DNA of 64,000 bases from Anaeromyxobacteraceae bacterium. GTDB lineage: Bacteria; Myxococcota; Myxococcia; Myxococcales; Anaeromyxobacteraceae. Of this stretch, positions 41,930 through 53,600 are shown one piece after another. The notes below the pieces were generated by a model, which was not told the origin of the DNA, did no database searches, and was given only the letters and a program-made list of their open reading frames with translations. A program made the position numbers and the translations under genes. How positions within the stretch are numbered: position 1 is the first letter of the stretch; every line of letters begins with the position of its first letter. The stretch spans positions 1,664,001-1,728,000 of the forward strand of contig JASGHJ010000001.1 of the NCBI GenBank assembly GCA_047602405.1, written 5' to 3'.

Positions 41930-42282
41930 TCATCCGCGGCTGACGCCCAGGCTCTCCCGGACGTGGAGCCCCGGCGTCGTCACCAGCTTCCCGACGAGGT
42001 CCGAGAGGCTGTCGAGCGAGACGTCGTGGCCCACGAACGGCTCGCCCTTCCTCGTGAGCGCGTACCTCACCTCGGGTTCCCGGGTGAACCAGCCGGGCCG
42101 GAGGAGGGTGTACTCCAGATCGCTCGCCTCGATCACGCGCGCCGAGTCGCGGTACGGGTCGAGGACGCTCCGGTACCGCTCCCCGGGCACCTCGCCGTAG
42201 ATCCCCATCGAGCTCACGAACGGATGCGGGTGGTGTTCCGGGCGAGCTGGCCGTTCGCCCCGAGGACGAGGACGCGGGTCAT
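41930..42282 (-). pseudogene. NAD(P)H-binding (Rossmann) protein with internal deletion and frameshift
   Basis: MTRVLVLGANGQLARNTT is joined out of frame directly to FVSSMGIYGEV...LLRPGWFT; the middle of the domain is absent. Confidence 0.7.
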
Positions 42283-43037
42283 GGCTTCGTGCCCTCGTCG
42301 AGCACGCGGAGCGCGTTGAGGCTCCTCGGGTACCCGATGAACGGGATGAGCTGGGTGAGGGTCGCGAGGAGCACGCGGCGGTCGTTTCCGACCGCGAGGT
42401 TCGCCGCGACGTGGCTCGAGAGCTGCGCCTCGCAGCCGCCCAGCGCCGCGAGCATGCAGAAGGTGAGGAGCTCCCGCGTCGCGAGGTCGAGCCCGCGCCG
42501 CGTGTAGTGGTCACCGAAGCAATGCGCGGCGAGGTAGCCCTGGATGTGGCGCTCGTCGGCCGGCGCGCGCGCATTCGCCTCGTCGATCCGGCTCCCGAAC
42601 GCGCGCCGCTGTACCTCGAGCCCCCGGGCGTGCCGGTCCTCTGGTGTGGTCGTGCCCTGCGGCGGGAGGGGCAGGGCGATCCCCCGCTCCCGCAGCACGT
42701 CGTTCGTCGCGTGCAGGAATGGAAAGGCCCGCGCCATGCCCACGTACGGCACGGCCTGGTACAGGACCTCCTTCGCCTCCACCGGCGTGACGCCGACGTT
42801 CAGCGCCGCGCCGAGCATCACGCGGTACTCGTCGAGCCCCTGGGCCGCCAGGATCGCCGCGAGCTGGGCCATGAGCCGGCGCCTGGGCTCGAGGAGCCCG
42901 GGCTCGTGCTCGAGGACGTCGCCGAAGGCCCAGTTGTCGAAGAGCTCGACGAGCTCGGGGTCGGTCGCCTTCAGGGTCGAGACGTGTCCGGGGAAGAGCA
43001 CGTCGTGGTTGCGCTGCGCCTCGGGACGGATGGCCAT
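42279..43037 (-). CDS. Carboxymuconolactone decarboxylase family protein (two CMD units)
   Basis: YQAVPYVG, FGDHYTRRGLD, RELLT and PFIGYPRSLNA motifs. Confidence 0.88.
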   Translation of the reverse strand: MAIRPEAQRNHDVLFPGHVSTLKATDPELVELFDNWAFGDVLEHEPGLLEPRRRLMAQLAAILAAQGLDEYRVMLGAALNVGVTPVEAKEVLYQAVPYVGMARAFPFLHATNDVLRERGIALPLPPQGTTTPEDRHARGLEVQRRAFGSRIDEANARAPADERHIQGYLAAHCFGDHYTRRGLDLATRELLTFCMLAALGGCEAQLSSHVAANLAVGNDRRVLLATLTQLIPFIGYPRSLNALRVLDEGTKP

Positions 43038-43054
43038 GGTCGGTCGCTCCCGGC

Positions 43055-44050
<996 letters not shown>

Positions 44051-45107
44051 CTACCCGGCCCTCAGGCTGGCCATGTCGATCGAGAACCGGTACTTCACGT
44101 CCTGCTTCATCAGCCGGTCGTAGGCCTCGTTCACCTGCTGGATGGCGATGACCTCGACGTCGGCGGTGATGCCGTGCTCGCCGCAGAAGTCGAGCATCTC
44201 CTGGGTCTGGCGGATGCCGCCGATGAGCGAGCCGGAGATGCTCTTGTTGCCGAAGAGGAGCCCCATCGCCGAGATGGCGTGCGGCGTGTCGGGGGCGCCC
44301 ACGAGCGTGAGGTTCCCGTCGCGGCGGAGCTGGTGCACGTAGGCGTTCACGTCGTGCGCGGCCGAGACGGTGTCGAGGATGAAGTCGAAGCTGCCGGCGT
44401 GCCTCGCCAGCTCGTTCGCGTTCCGCGAGACGACGACCTCGTGCGCACCGAGGCGGAGCGCGTCCTCCCGCTTCGCCGGCGACGTCGTGAACGCGACGAC
44501 GTGCGCGCCCAGGGCCCGCGCGAGCTTGACGCCCATGTGGCCGAGCCCGCCGAGTCCGACCACGCCCACCTTCTTGCCCCTCGTCACGCCCTGCCGGCGG
44601 AGCGGCGACCAGGTCGTGATGCCGGCGCACAGGAGCGGGGCGGCGCCGGCGGGGTCGAGGTTCGACGGGACGCGCAGGACGAAGCGCTCGTCGACGACGA
44701 CGCTCTCCGAGTACCCGCCGTAGGTCACCTTGCCGGTGTGGCGGTCGGGCGAGTTGTAGGTGAACACCGAGCCCGCGCAGAACTGCTCGAGGTGCGCCTC
44801 GCACTCGGGGCAGGTGCCGTCGGAGTCGACCATGCAGCCGACGCCCACGAGGTCGCCGCGGCGGAACCGCGTGACCGAGGCGCCCACCTTCGTGACCCGG
44901 CCGACGATTCTCGTGACCGGGCACGCAGGGATAGACGGTCGGCAGGGCGCTCCACTCGTTCCGCGCCTGGTGCACGTCGGAGTGGCAGATGCCGCAGAAG
45001 AGGATCTCGAGCTCCACGTCGGTGGCGCCGGGCTCGCGCCGCTCGATGAGGGTGGGGACGAAGGGGGAGGTGGCGCTCGCGACGGCGTAGGCCTTGGCGT
45101 TGGACAT
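44051..45107 (-). CDS. Zn-dependent NADP alcohol dehydrogenase (YahK-like), apparent +1 frameshift near 44908
   Basis: CGICHSD; GHEIVG restored by removing one base; PLLCAGITT and GLGGLGHMG. Confidence 0.9.
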
Positions 45108-45175
45108 GCCGGGCAACCTACGCGCGCCGGCGAGCCCCGGAAACGGGGCCTTCGCGGATGGGCCGTGAAGAAAAG

Positions 45176-45610
45176 CTAAACGGCGCGTCGCGTCGCGACC
45201 GCCACGGTGACGGCGGCCGCCACCAGGAACGCCGCCCCGAGCGCGACGAGCCCGATCCAGGTCCAGCGGAGCTCGCCGGGCGTCTTGAGCGTGCCGTGCG
45301 CGGGCTCGCGCCGCTCGTAGCGCACGGTGACGACGTCGCCGGCCTGCGCGGTGCGGCCGACGTTCTGGTGCAGGAGGAACACCGTCGAGCCCTCGGCCTC
45401 GTACTCGACCGTCGCCTTCCAGCCCTTCGAGCGCCGCTCCACGGTGAGGAGCTTGCCCTGCACGACGCCCATGTCGGCGAGGATCGCCTCGGCCTCGCGG
45501 CCGGCGTAGGCGCCGAAGCCGAGGAAGAGCAGCGACATCACGAGGAGGATGCCCGCGACCTGCCCGGGCGTCGCCTGCCGCACGCGCCGCCGGGGCCCGA
45601 CCTTGAACAT
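45176..45610 (-). CDS. DUF3592-like two-TM membrane protein
   Basis: TM, short beta domain (GDVVTVRY), TM. Confidence 0.6.
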   Translation of the reverse strand: MFKVGPRRRVRQATPGQVAGILLVMSLLFLGFGAYAGREAEAILADMGVVQGKLLTVERRSKGWKATVEYEAEGSTVFLLHQNVGRTAQAGDVVTVRYERREPAHGTLKTPGELRWTWIGLVALGAAFLVAAAVTVAVATRRAV

Positions 45611-45622
45611 GCCGCGATCGTA

Positions 45623-45787
45623 TCACCGCCTCGGCCGGAAGAGCGGCGCCTCGCCCGGCCGCCCGGAGAGCAGCGTCATCGCGAGCACGCGCTTCTCGAG
45701 CGGCGCGGCGGGGCGCGGGCGGTACCGGCTGAGGACGAGGACGATCCCGAGGAGTGCGGCGGCGCAGAGGAGGACGAGGGTCAGCAT
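45623..45787 (-). CDS. Small single-TM protein
   Basis: MLTLVLLCAAALLGIVLVL hydrophobic segment; short ORF. Confidence 0.35.
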   Translation of the reverse strand: MLTLVLLCAAALLGIVLVLSRYRPRPAAPLEKRVLAMTLLSGRPGEAPLFRPRR

Positions 45788-45917
45788 GACCCCGGACAGA
45801 GCAACGCCCGTGCCCGCGCCTGGAGGCGCGAGGTCACGGGCGTTTACGCGGTCCGGGCCCCGGAGGTGTGTCCGGAAAGGCACGCCGCCGGGGCCGGGCG
45901 GCTACAGGCCGTGCCGC

Positions 45918-48900
45918 TCAGAGACCCAGGATGATGTACGTCCGGATCTCGTACTCGTCGCCCCACTTGAGCGGGTCGCTCTCGCGGGCCTTGAAGCGCG
46001 GCGAGTTGCGGTCGGTATAGCGGAGCTTCCCGGAGATGCCGATGCGCGTCTCGTCGAAGCCGAGCCAGAGCTTCCCGGGCGTCGCGACCGCGTAGGAGAG
46101 GTCGCCGACGACCTGCAGCGGGAAGGTCAGGTTGAAGTCGCGGTGGTAGTCGTACGGACCCCAGTCGTTGAGGCGCACCGCGCCCTGGAGGAGGGCCTGC
46201 TTGTAGGAGGCCCGGCCCTCGACGCCCCAGCGGTGCACGATGCGGGCGCTGTCGCCGTTCGCCTCGCCGAGGCCGCCGTAGAGGATGGTCGCGAGCCGCA
46301 CGTTCGCGGTCGGGCGCCCCACGATCCGGGCCTTCGCCTCCCAGCTGTCGAACGCGGGCGGCGCGCCGGGGAACGCGAACTGTGTCACGCCGTCGGCCAG
46401 GAACCCGAGCCCGGCGTCGCGCGTCGTCGGCTGGTGGCGGTACACGACGTCGAGCGAGGCGGCGAGCGGCGCATCCTCGCGCAGGTCGTTGTCCCACTGC
46501 CAGAGCCACGTGCCCGGCGTCGGGTCCCAGGTGACGACGAGCTCGCCCGCGATCGTCTCACGGTTCGCGCGGACGGCGAACGGGTCGTCGATCACGTTGC
46601 GCGGCGGGCCGGCGTCGGACGGCACCGGGCCCACGAGCGGCTTCTGCCAGAGGAAGTTCGGCGAGACCTGGAAGTCGCCCACCTGCACGGCGACGCCGGC
46701 GAGCGCGTTCGCCTGGTTGCCCGAGCCGGAGTCCTTGAGCGACCAGCCGGTGTACGTGATGGTCGGGTCGGCGCGGCCGTCGGCGACGAGCCCCATGTAC
46801 GCGCCCTGCGCGTACGCGTGCCAGCGGCCGGTCTCCCAGGTCGCCTTCAGCTTCGCGCCGAAGGTGTCGGTGCCGAGCACCTTGTCGTTCCGGAGGGTGT
46901 AGCTCCCCGGCGAGCCCTCGGCGACCACGAAGGCGTCGCCGATCTTCACCCGGCCCGCGACGAGGCCGCCGGCCTGGAGGCCGAACCCGCCACGCCTCCA
47001 CTCGGCCACGAGCGCGGTCTTCCGCTGCTGGCGCTCGGGGGCGTTCCCCGCCGCGCCGGTCGCCGCGTTGCCCTTCGCGAGCTGCTCCTCGTGCTGCAGG
47101 GTGAGCGTGACGCCGCCGAAGGCCCGGCGGTACTTCGCCATGATGGCCGGGTTCGCGCCCCACCACAGCTGCGGGCCGAACGCGACCTTGAGCCCCTCGA
47201 GCTTCTGGTGGAACGCGACCTCGACGCCGAGCGGCGCGTCCGCGTCGTAGGTGTCGATGTTCGGGCCGTAGTTGGCCTCGCGGTACAGGCCGAAGAGGTC
47301 GCCCTCGTAGCCCCAGTGGTAGTGGCCGGTCCGGTAGAAGGCGTCCGCCTTGAACGCGGCCTCCTCCCAGCTCACGCTCGCCCGGTAGACCTTGAGGCGG
47401 TCGGGCTCGAAGGTGGCGGCGGTGCCGTCGGCGCGGGTGGCCGTCGCCCGGCGGCCGTGCTTCTCGTAGTAGATCTCGTCGATCGGGTTCTCGGCCACGT
47501 TCCCGAGCACGTTCAGCATGAGCATGCCGTTCACGCCGGAGGCCGGCGCGACCTGGAAGCCGGCGAAGAACGACTCCATGTGATCGAAGCCGCCCGGGCG
47601 GCGCGCGGCGGGGTCGAGGGCGTGGCCGCCCGTGGAGTAGGTCTCGAGCTTGAGGCCGAGCTGGCTCACCCGCACCTTGTCGATGACCGCGGCGGCCATC
47701 GCGGCCCTGTCGGCGCGGTAGTTGCGGGCGAGCGAGACGAGGTCGATGGCGCCGTAGGTGCGCGCGATGGCGTCGGGCGTGGTGCCGGCGGCGTACGGGT
47801 CGAGCTTCCACGCCTGCTGGAGCGCGTAGTACGCGGTGCGCGGATAGACGTCGAAGAGGCCGCGCGCGTCCGGCGGGACCTTCGCGCAGATGCCCCACCA
47901 CTCCTCGTTCATGTTGTTCTTGCCCTCGACGAAGTCCTCCGGGTAGCCGGCGTTCGGCCAGGAGGCGGTCGTGTCGTGCACGTCGAGGTTCGACTCCTGG
48001 CCGGTCTTCCACCAGCCGTCGCTCCACTGGAAGATCATGCCGCCGATGGCGTTGCCGACCTTCCCCTTGCCGGCCGACTGCTCGTAGATCTCCCTCCACT
48101 GGTCGACGAGGTAGCTCGCCTGCGTGACGTCGTCCTCGCGGCCGGCCTTCGCGTCGTACGCGTCGGCGCCGAACTCGGTGAACATCACCGGGATGCCGAG
48201 CTTCTCCTTCACGACCTGGAAGAGGTCGCGGGCGGAGCGGCCGCGGTAGACGTTCGCGCCCATGACGTCGATGCCCTTCGCCTCGGAGGCGATGAGGTCG
48301 ATGTACTGGAGGTCGCCGTTCGCCCAGGCCACCGGGCGGTCCGGGTCGAGCGCCTTCACCTTGCGGGCGACCTCGCCGACGAGCGAGTACAGGAACTTCG
48401 CGCGGGCGGCGTCGCGCTCGCCCACCGGCAGCGCCTCGATCTCGAACGAGCTCCAGCTGAGCCCGTAGTTGTTCTCGTTGCCCAGCAGCCACATCAGGAC
48501 GCCCGGCGTGCCCTTGAACGACTCGACGAGCTTCGTCACCTCGGCGGTCACCGCGGCGCGCAGGCGCGGGTCGGCGTAGTTCACCGCCGGGATCCAGACG
48601 CCGTCGAGGGTGTAGCCGTAGCGCGCGAGGGTGTGGTTGATGACGGTGTAGATGCCCCAGCGCTCGTACACGTACTTCACCCAGCGCGGCGGCATCCCGG
48701 CATAGACGCGGATGACGTTCACGCCCATCGCCTTCATGAGCGCGCACTCCCTGTCGAGGGCGGCCTTCACGACGTCGTCAGGCTGCTCCCAGAGGGACCA
48801 GGCGTAGTTCGTGCCGATCGGGAAGTAGTCCCAGTTCATGCCGAGGACCATGAGGTCCTTCCCGTCGACCTCTAGCTTCTGGCCGGAGGGATCGGAGACG

Positions 48901-48983
48901 ACCTTCACGACCTGGGCGGAGGCGCCGGCGGGCGCCGCGGCCAGGAACGAGGTGAGCAGCAGGGAGGCGAGGGTCCGGGTCAT
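45918..48983 (-). CDS. Secreted clan GH-A (GH2-like TIM barrel) glycosidase fused to a large C-terminal beta-rich domain
   Basis: Signal peptide; GVNVIRVY, GNENNY (acid/base) and FTEFG (nucleophile); about 590 aa of amphipathic beta-strand pattern at the C-terminus. Confidence 0.75.
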   Translation of the reverse strand: MTRTLASLLLTSFLAAAPAGASAQVVKVVSDPSGQKLEVDGKDLMVLGMNWDYFPIGTNYAWSLWEQPDDVVKAALDRECALMKAMGVNVIRVYAGMPPRWVKYVYERWGIYTVINHTLARYGYTLDGVWIPAVNYADPRLRAAVTAEVTKLVESFKGTPGVLMWLLGNENNYGLSWSSFEIEALPVGERDAARAKFLYSLVGEVARKVKALDPDRPVAWANGDLQYIDLIASEAKGIDVMGANVYRGRSARDLFQVVKEKLGIPVMFTEFGADAYDAKAGREDDVTQASYLVDQWREIYEQSAGKGKVGNAIGGMIFQWSDGWWKTGQESNLDVHDTTASWPNAGYPEDFVEGKNNMNEEWWGICAKVPPDARGLFDVYPRTAYYALQQAWKLDPYAAGTTPDAIARTYGAIDLVSLARNYRADRAAMAAAVIDKVRVSQLGLKLETYSTGGHALDPAARRPGGFDHMESFFAGFQVAPASGVNGMLMLNVLGNVAENPIDEIYYEKHGRRATATRADGTAATFEPDRLKVYRASVSWEEAAFKADAFYRTGHYHWGYEGDLFGLYREANYGPNIDTYDADAPLGVEVAFHQKLEGLKVAFGPQLWWGANPAIMAKYRRAFGGVTLTLQHEEQLAKGNAATGAAGNAPERQQRKTALVAEWRRGGFGLQAGGLVAGRVKIGDAFVVAEGSPGSYTLRNDKVLGTDTFGAKLKATWETGRWHAYAQGAYMGLVADGRADPTITYTGWSLKDSGSGNQANALAGVAVQVGDFQVSPNFLWQKPLVGPVPSDAGPPRNVIDDPFAVRANRETIAGELVVTWDPTPGTWLWQWDNDLREDAPLAASLDVVYRHQPTTRDAGLGFLADGVTQFAFPGAPPAFDSWEAKARIVGRPTANVRLATILYGGLGEANGDSARIVHRWGVEGRASYKQALLQGAVRLNDWGPYDYHRDFNLTFPLQVVGDLSYAVATPGKLWLGFDETRIGISGKLRYTDRNSPRFKARESDPLKWGDEYEIRTYIILGL

Positions 48984-49005
48984 GGGACGCCCTTTGTTGT
49001 GCCGG

Positions 49006-50379
49006 TCAGCCGGCTTCGACGGCGTTCGCTGCGATGATGCCCTGGTACGTCTGGAACGAGTCCTTCGGCGTGCGCCTCTGCGTCGCGTAGTCCACGTGCA
49101 CGAGGCCGAACCGCATCCGGTAGCCGTGCGCCCACTCGAAGTTGTCGAGGAGCGACCAGTGAAAGTACCCCGCGAGCGGCACGCCCTCGCGGAGCGCGGT
49201 CGCGCAGGCGGAGAGGTGGCCGCGGAGGTAGTCGGAGCGCCGGGCGTCCCTCACGCGGCCCGCGGCGTCCGGGCCCTCGGGGTAGGCGACGCCGTTCTCG
49301 GTCACGTAGAGCTTCGGCACGCGGTACTCGCGGTGGAGCCGCACGAGCGTGTCGTGGAGGCCGCGCGGCCAGACCTCCCAGCCCATGTCGGTGCGGTCGG
49401 CGTCGGCGGGCTCGAGGACCGTGCGCGGCGTGTTCTCCGCCTCGGGCACGCGCGCGGAGCGGCGGATGCTGCGCGAGTAGTAGTTGAGGCCGAGGAAGTC
49501 GATCGGCGCCGAGATCGTGGCGAGGTCCCCGGGCTGCAGGAACGCGGGGCGGCCCGCAGGCAGGTGGCCCTGGGCGACGCGGTCGGCCACCGCGTCCTCC
49601 GGGTAGCGGCCGCGGAAGAGCGGATCGAGGTACCAGCGGTTGAAGAAGCCGTCGAAGGCGCGGGTCGCCTCGGCGTCGGCGGCGCTCGGGCTCGCCGGCG
49701 TCGCGGGCGTGAGGTTGAGCACGATGCCCACCTCGGCGCCGGGCGCGTTGCGGCGGAGCGCCGGCAGCGTCCAGCCGTGCGAGAGGAGGACGTGGTGCGC
49801 GACCGCGAGCGACTCCGCCGGATCCCGGTGGCCGGGAGCCTGCTCGCCGACCTCGTGGCCGAGGTGCGAGATGCACCAGGGCTCGTTGTGCGTCACCCAG
49901 TGCCGGACGCGGTCGCCGAGCCGCATCGACACGACCTCGGCGTACTCGACGAACGCCTCCGCGGTGTCGCGGGAGGCCCAGCCGCCGCGGTCCTGCAGCG
50001 CCTGCGGCAGGTCCCAGTGGTAGAGCGTCGCGAACGGGCGGATGCCGCGCTCGAGCAGCGCGTCGACGAGCCGCTCGTAGAAGTCGAGGCCGCGCGGAGC
50101 CGGCGTGCCGCGCCCCGCCGGCAGCACGCGGGGCCACGCGATCGAGAAGCGGTACGCGCCGACGCCGAGCTCGGAGAGCAGCGCGAGGTCGTCCTTCCAG
50201 CGGTGGTAGTGGTCGCACGCGACGCGCGCGTCCGAGCCGTCGGCGATCTTGCCGGGCGTGGCGCAGAAGCGGTCCCAGATGGACTCGCCGCGCCCGTCCT
50301 CCCCGGCCGCGCCCTCGATCTGGAAGGCAGACGTCGCCGTGCCCCAGAGGAAATCGCGAGGGAATTCGAGCTTGGACAT
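49006..50379 (-). CDS. GH1 beta-glucosidase
   Basis: FLWGTATSAFQIEG, YHWDLP, THNEP, VTENG and DNFEW motifs. Confidence 0.96.
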   Translation of the reverse strand: MSKLEFPRDFLWGTATSAFQIEGAAGEDGRGESIWDRFCATPGKIADGSDARVACDHYHRWKDDLALLSELGVGAYRFSIAWPRVLPAGRGTPAPRGLDFYERLVDALLERGIRPFATLYHWDLPQALQDRGGWASRDTAEAFVEYAEVVSMRLGDRVRHWVTHNEPWCISHLGHEVGEQAPGHRDPAESLAVAHHVLLSHGWTLPALRRNAPGAEVGIVLNLTPATPASPSAADAEATRAFDGFFNRWYLDPLFRGRYPEDAVADRVAQGHLPAGRPAFLQPGDLATISAPIDFLGLNYYSRSIRRSARVPEAENTPRTVLEPADADRTDMGWEVWPRGLHDTLVRLHREYRVPKLYVTENGVAYPEGPDAAGRVRDARRSDYLRGHLSACATALREGVPLAGYFHWSLLDNFEWAHGYRMRFGLVHVDYATQRRTPKDSFQTYQGIIAANAVEAG

Positions 50380-50423
50380 CCTGCGGGCCCCGGGCGCTGG
50401 AGGACTCTGGGAGAGGCGGATAC

Positions 50424-50471
50424 TTTGTTTGTTGTGCGAACAAACTAAACCGAACAAGGGCCCGCAGTCAA
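50424..50471 (-). promoter_or_regulatory. Promoter and ROK operator site 2
   Basis: Minus strand TTGACT-N18-TAGTTT overlapping TTTGTTCGCACAACAAACAAA (50444-50424). Confidence 0.78.
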
Positions 50472-50480
50472 GCTGCGACA

Positions 50481-50618
50481 GGTGCCGAGTGGCCTCCCGC
50501 TCGGGCGCTCGGTTCCATCCGTCCGTGGTGCCGAGTGGCCTCCCGCTCGGGCGCTCGGTTCCATCCGTCCGTGGTGCCGAGTGGCCTCCCGCTCGGGCGC
50601 TCGGTTCCATCCGTCCGT
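50481..50618. repeat. 46-bp perfect tandem repeat x3
   Basis: GGTGCCGAGTGGCCTCCCGCTCGGGCGCTCGGTTCCATCCGTCCGT at 50481, 50527 and 50573, with no spacers. Confidence 0.95.
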
Positions 50619-50660
50619 CCCGAGCGTAGGCCCGCCGCAGGCGGGCCGGAGACGAGGGAC
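50611..50660 (-). repeat. REP-like element, copy 6
   Basis: Reverse complement reads GTCCCTCGTCTCCG-GCCCGCCTGCGGCGGGC-CTACGCTCGGGACGGACGG. Confidence 0.85.
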
Positions 50661-50662
50661 GC

Positions 50663-53600
50663 CTACGCCTGGATCGCGAGGAACGCATCCAGCCGCTCGA
50701 CCTCGCCGCGCCGCGAGAGCAGCGCCGCGGTCCGTGCGGCGTCGAGCGCCGGCCCGGGGAGCTCGTCGACCCGGCCGTCGCGCCAGGTCAGCTGGAGTCT
50801 CGCCGGCTCCCCCTCGGCGGCCCGGTGCACGACCACCGGCACCTGCGCGAGCGTGAACGCGAGCGCGCCCGCCGGCACCTCGATCCGCCGCGCCGGCCCC
50901 TGGCCGTCGGGCCATACCGGGTCGAGCACGTCCAGCGTCTCCGGCCGGGCGAGGAGCTCCGCCGGGTCGAGCAGCGCCGTGCGGAACGTGAGCCGCCCCG
51001 CCTCGAAGGTCACGCCGAGCTCGAGGAGGCGCGAGAGCACCTCCTCCTTCACCTGCCCGGTCATGCCCGGCTGGCGCGCGCCGTTGCCCGCCGGCGTGTG
51101 CGAGTACGGGTCGAGCGGGAAGGCGCCCCAGCCCTGGGGCCCCTTCCTCACTCCGCCGAGCCCGTCGCGGATCGCGCGCGCGTGGCGCACGAGCCTCAGG
51201 CGCGTGGCGAGGTCGGGGCACGCGACCGCCCGCTCCTGCACCGCGAGCAGGAGCTTCGCCACCATGTGCCAGTAGATCGACCCGAGCCCCTCGTAGGCGA
51301 ACATCGAGCCCGACCGGCCGGTGAACGCCCGGTGGTGGAAGGTCGCCTCGTGGGCGGCGAGCACCTCCGCGCGGTCGTGCGGCGTCGCGCCGAGGGCGTC
51401 GAGCGCGTGGGCGAGCGGCTCCGCGTTCGTGAAGCGCTCGTCGAAGCGCACGGCGCCGGCCGCGTCGCGCGCGACGATCCCGCGCCCGCCGGCCTCCAGC
51501 AGCCGCAGCAGCCCGGGCGTCGCCGCCACGACCTCGGACGGCACGACGTTCTTCTCGAGGAACCGCGGCAGCGCGCGATCGGGGTAGAGGAGGTAGCTCC
51601 GCTGGTCCTCGCGCCACAGGCGGCTCGCGCGGAGCGCGTCGAGGAGCGCGCAGGCCTCCGCGTCGGAGAGCACGCCGGTGCCGAGCACCGCGACCTGCCC
51701 CTCGAGCATCTCGGCCAGCCGGTCGACGCCGAAGGCGCCGCGGCCGCGCGGGGCGAGCAGGTTGTACCCGTGCCACAGGCCGTCGGCGCGGCGGTTGGCG
51801 CGGAGGGAGGCCGTCACCGCGGCGCGCGCGCGCCGGACGAGGTCGAGGAGGGGATCGACCGGGGCCGCGACCGGCGCGGACAGGCCGCGGGCGTACAGCC
51901 CCTCCCGGAACGCCGAGGCGGGCTGGCCGAGGGCGGCCATGATCTCGCCGCGCGCGGCGTCGCCCGGGTCGCCGGCCTCGAGGGCCGTCGCGTGGCGCTC
52001 GAGCGCGGCGCGCGTCGCCTCGGCCCAGGCCGCGACCTGTGGCGTGAGCGCGGTCGCGCGGCCGCGGAGCGGCTCGAGGAACGCGGGCAGGAGCGCGAGG
52101 TACCGCTCGAGGTGGCAGAGCGTGACGACCGAGAGGCCCCAGCCCACGAGCGCGTTGTTCGCGTCGTTCCACTCCGGGCGCCCGGTGTTCATCCAGACCC
52201 CGCCGCCCGGCACGAGGCTCGCGATCTTGGCCAGCGCCGGCACGAGCAGCTTCTCGACCAGCGTCACCCGGTGGAGTTCCTCGCCGCCGCCCTCGACGCG
52301 GCGGTGGAGGAGCCGCCCGTCGGCCCCCAGCTCGCGCTCGCGCCCGACGAGCCGCTCGTGCCGCGCCTCGTCGAACGCGATGGTCTTCCGCGGATCCTTC
52401 AGCATCGCCTCGAACGGCGCGATCCGGTACGGCACCTCGGCGTAAGTGAAGATCGGCCGCTCCGCGAGCGCCGGCAGCCGCTCGGGGTGCAGCCGCAGCG
52501 ACGCCTCCACGAGGCGCGCGAGGTAGACGAGCTGGTGGTCGCCCCAGTAGCCGATGGCCGCCCACGGGTCGCCCGGCTCCGGCACCTCCCAGTCGATGCC
52601 GCGGTGGCTGATCCGGTACGGGTTGTGGCCGTCCGCGGTGGAGGCGTTCACGAACCGCGCGACCATGCCCTCGAGGAACGCCGGGTGCGAGGCGGCGAGG
52701 GCCTCCCAGTTCTGGAAGATGTCGCGCCAGTTGCCCTGGTACGCGAGGCGCAGCTCGCCTGCCCCGTCGCGCACGTCGATGTCGAACCGGTTCCACGGGC
52801 GCGAGGGGTCGCCGTGGCGCCGGGAGAAGGTGAGCGGCAGGTGCTCGAGCGCGAGCCGCTCGAGGTCGGGGTCGCCCGGCACCGCGGCGCGCGCGAGGAC
52901 CTCCTCGCGCGGGAGGCGCGAGGGCAGGGCGCCGAGGAGCCGCGCCTGGCGCGCGGCCGTCGCGCGGCTCGCCTGCGCCACGAAGGCGGAGAGGTCGGCG
53001 GTGGGGACCTCGTGGCCGTGGGCGAAGACCCCGCCGCGCAGGTCGTTGAACAGCACGTTCACGAGGTGGTGCGCCGAGGCGAGCGCGTCGGCGGTGCGCT
53101 GCAGCCCGTCGGTCGAGGCCACGATGGCGCGGAGCCGCGCCGCGCCGGCGCGCACGTCCTCGCCGATCTCCGCGGCGAGCGCGGCCGGGCGCGCGCGGAG
53201 CGCCTCGGCGAGCGCCACCACCGCGCGCTGCGGCTGGGCGACGTCGGCGACGAAGGTCCAGGAGACCGCCTCGCCCGGCTCCAGCCGGAGCGTCGCCTCG
53301 GCGAGGTACGCGCCGCGGCGGCCGCGGGACTCGTCGCGCTCCTGGAGCGGGAGCCCCGCCGTGAAGCGCTCGAGCGCGCCGGCGTCGAGGTGGATCCGCA
53401 CCCCCGGGAGCCCGAGCGAGAAGACGGTGGTCGCGTGCAGCGACTCCTTCGGCTCGGGGAGGTCCACCACCTGCGCCGCGAGCGTCACGAGGGCGAGCGT
53501 CGTGCCCGGCACGCGCTCGGTGCGCTTGTAGGCGTCGACGAGCGACGAGAGCCGGAGCTGCAGCTCCTCGCCGACGTCGGCGGGCAGGAGGTTGAGGAGC

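Noticed and set aside
50481..50618. Possible CRISPR array
   Set aside because: The units abut directly with no unique spacers, and no cas genes are present in the window.
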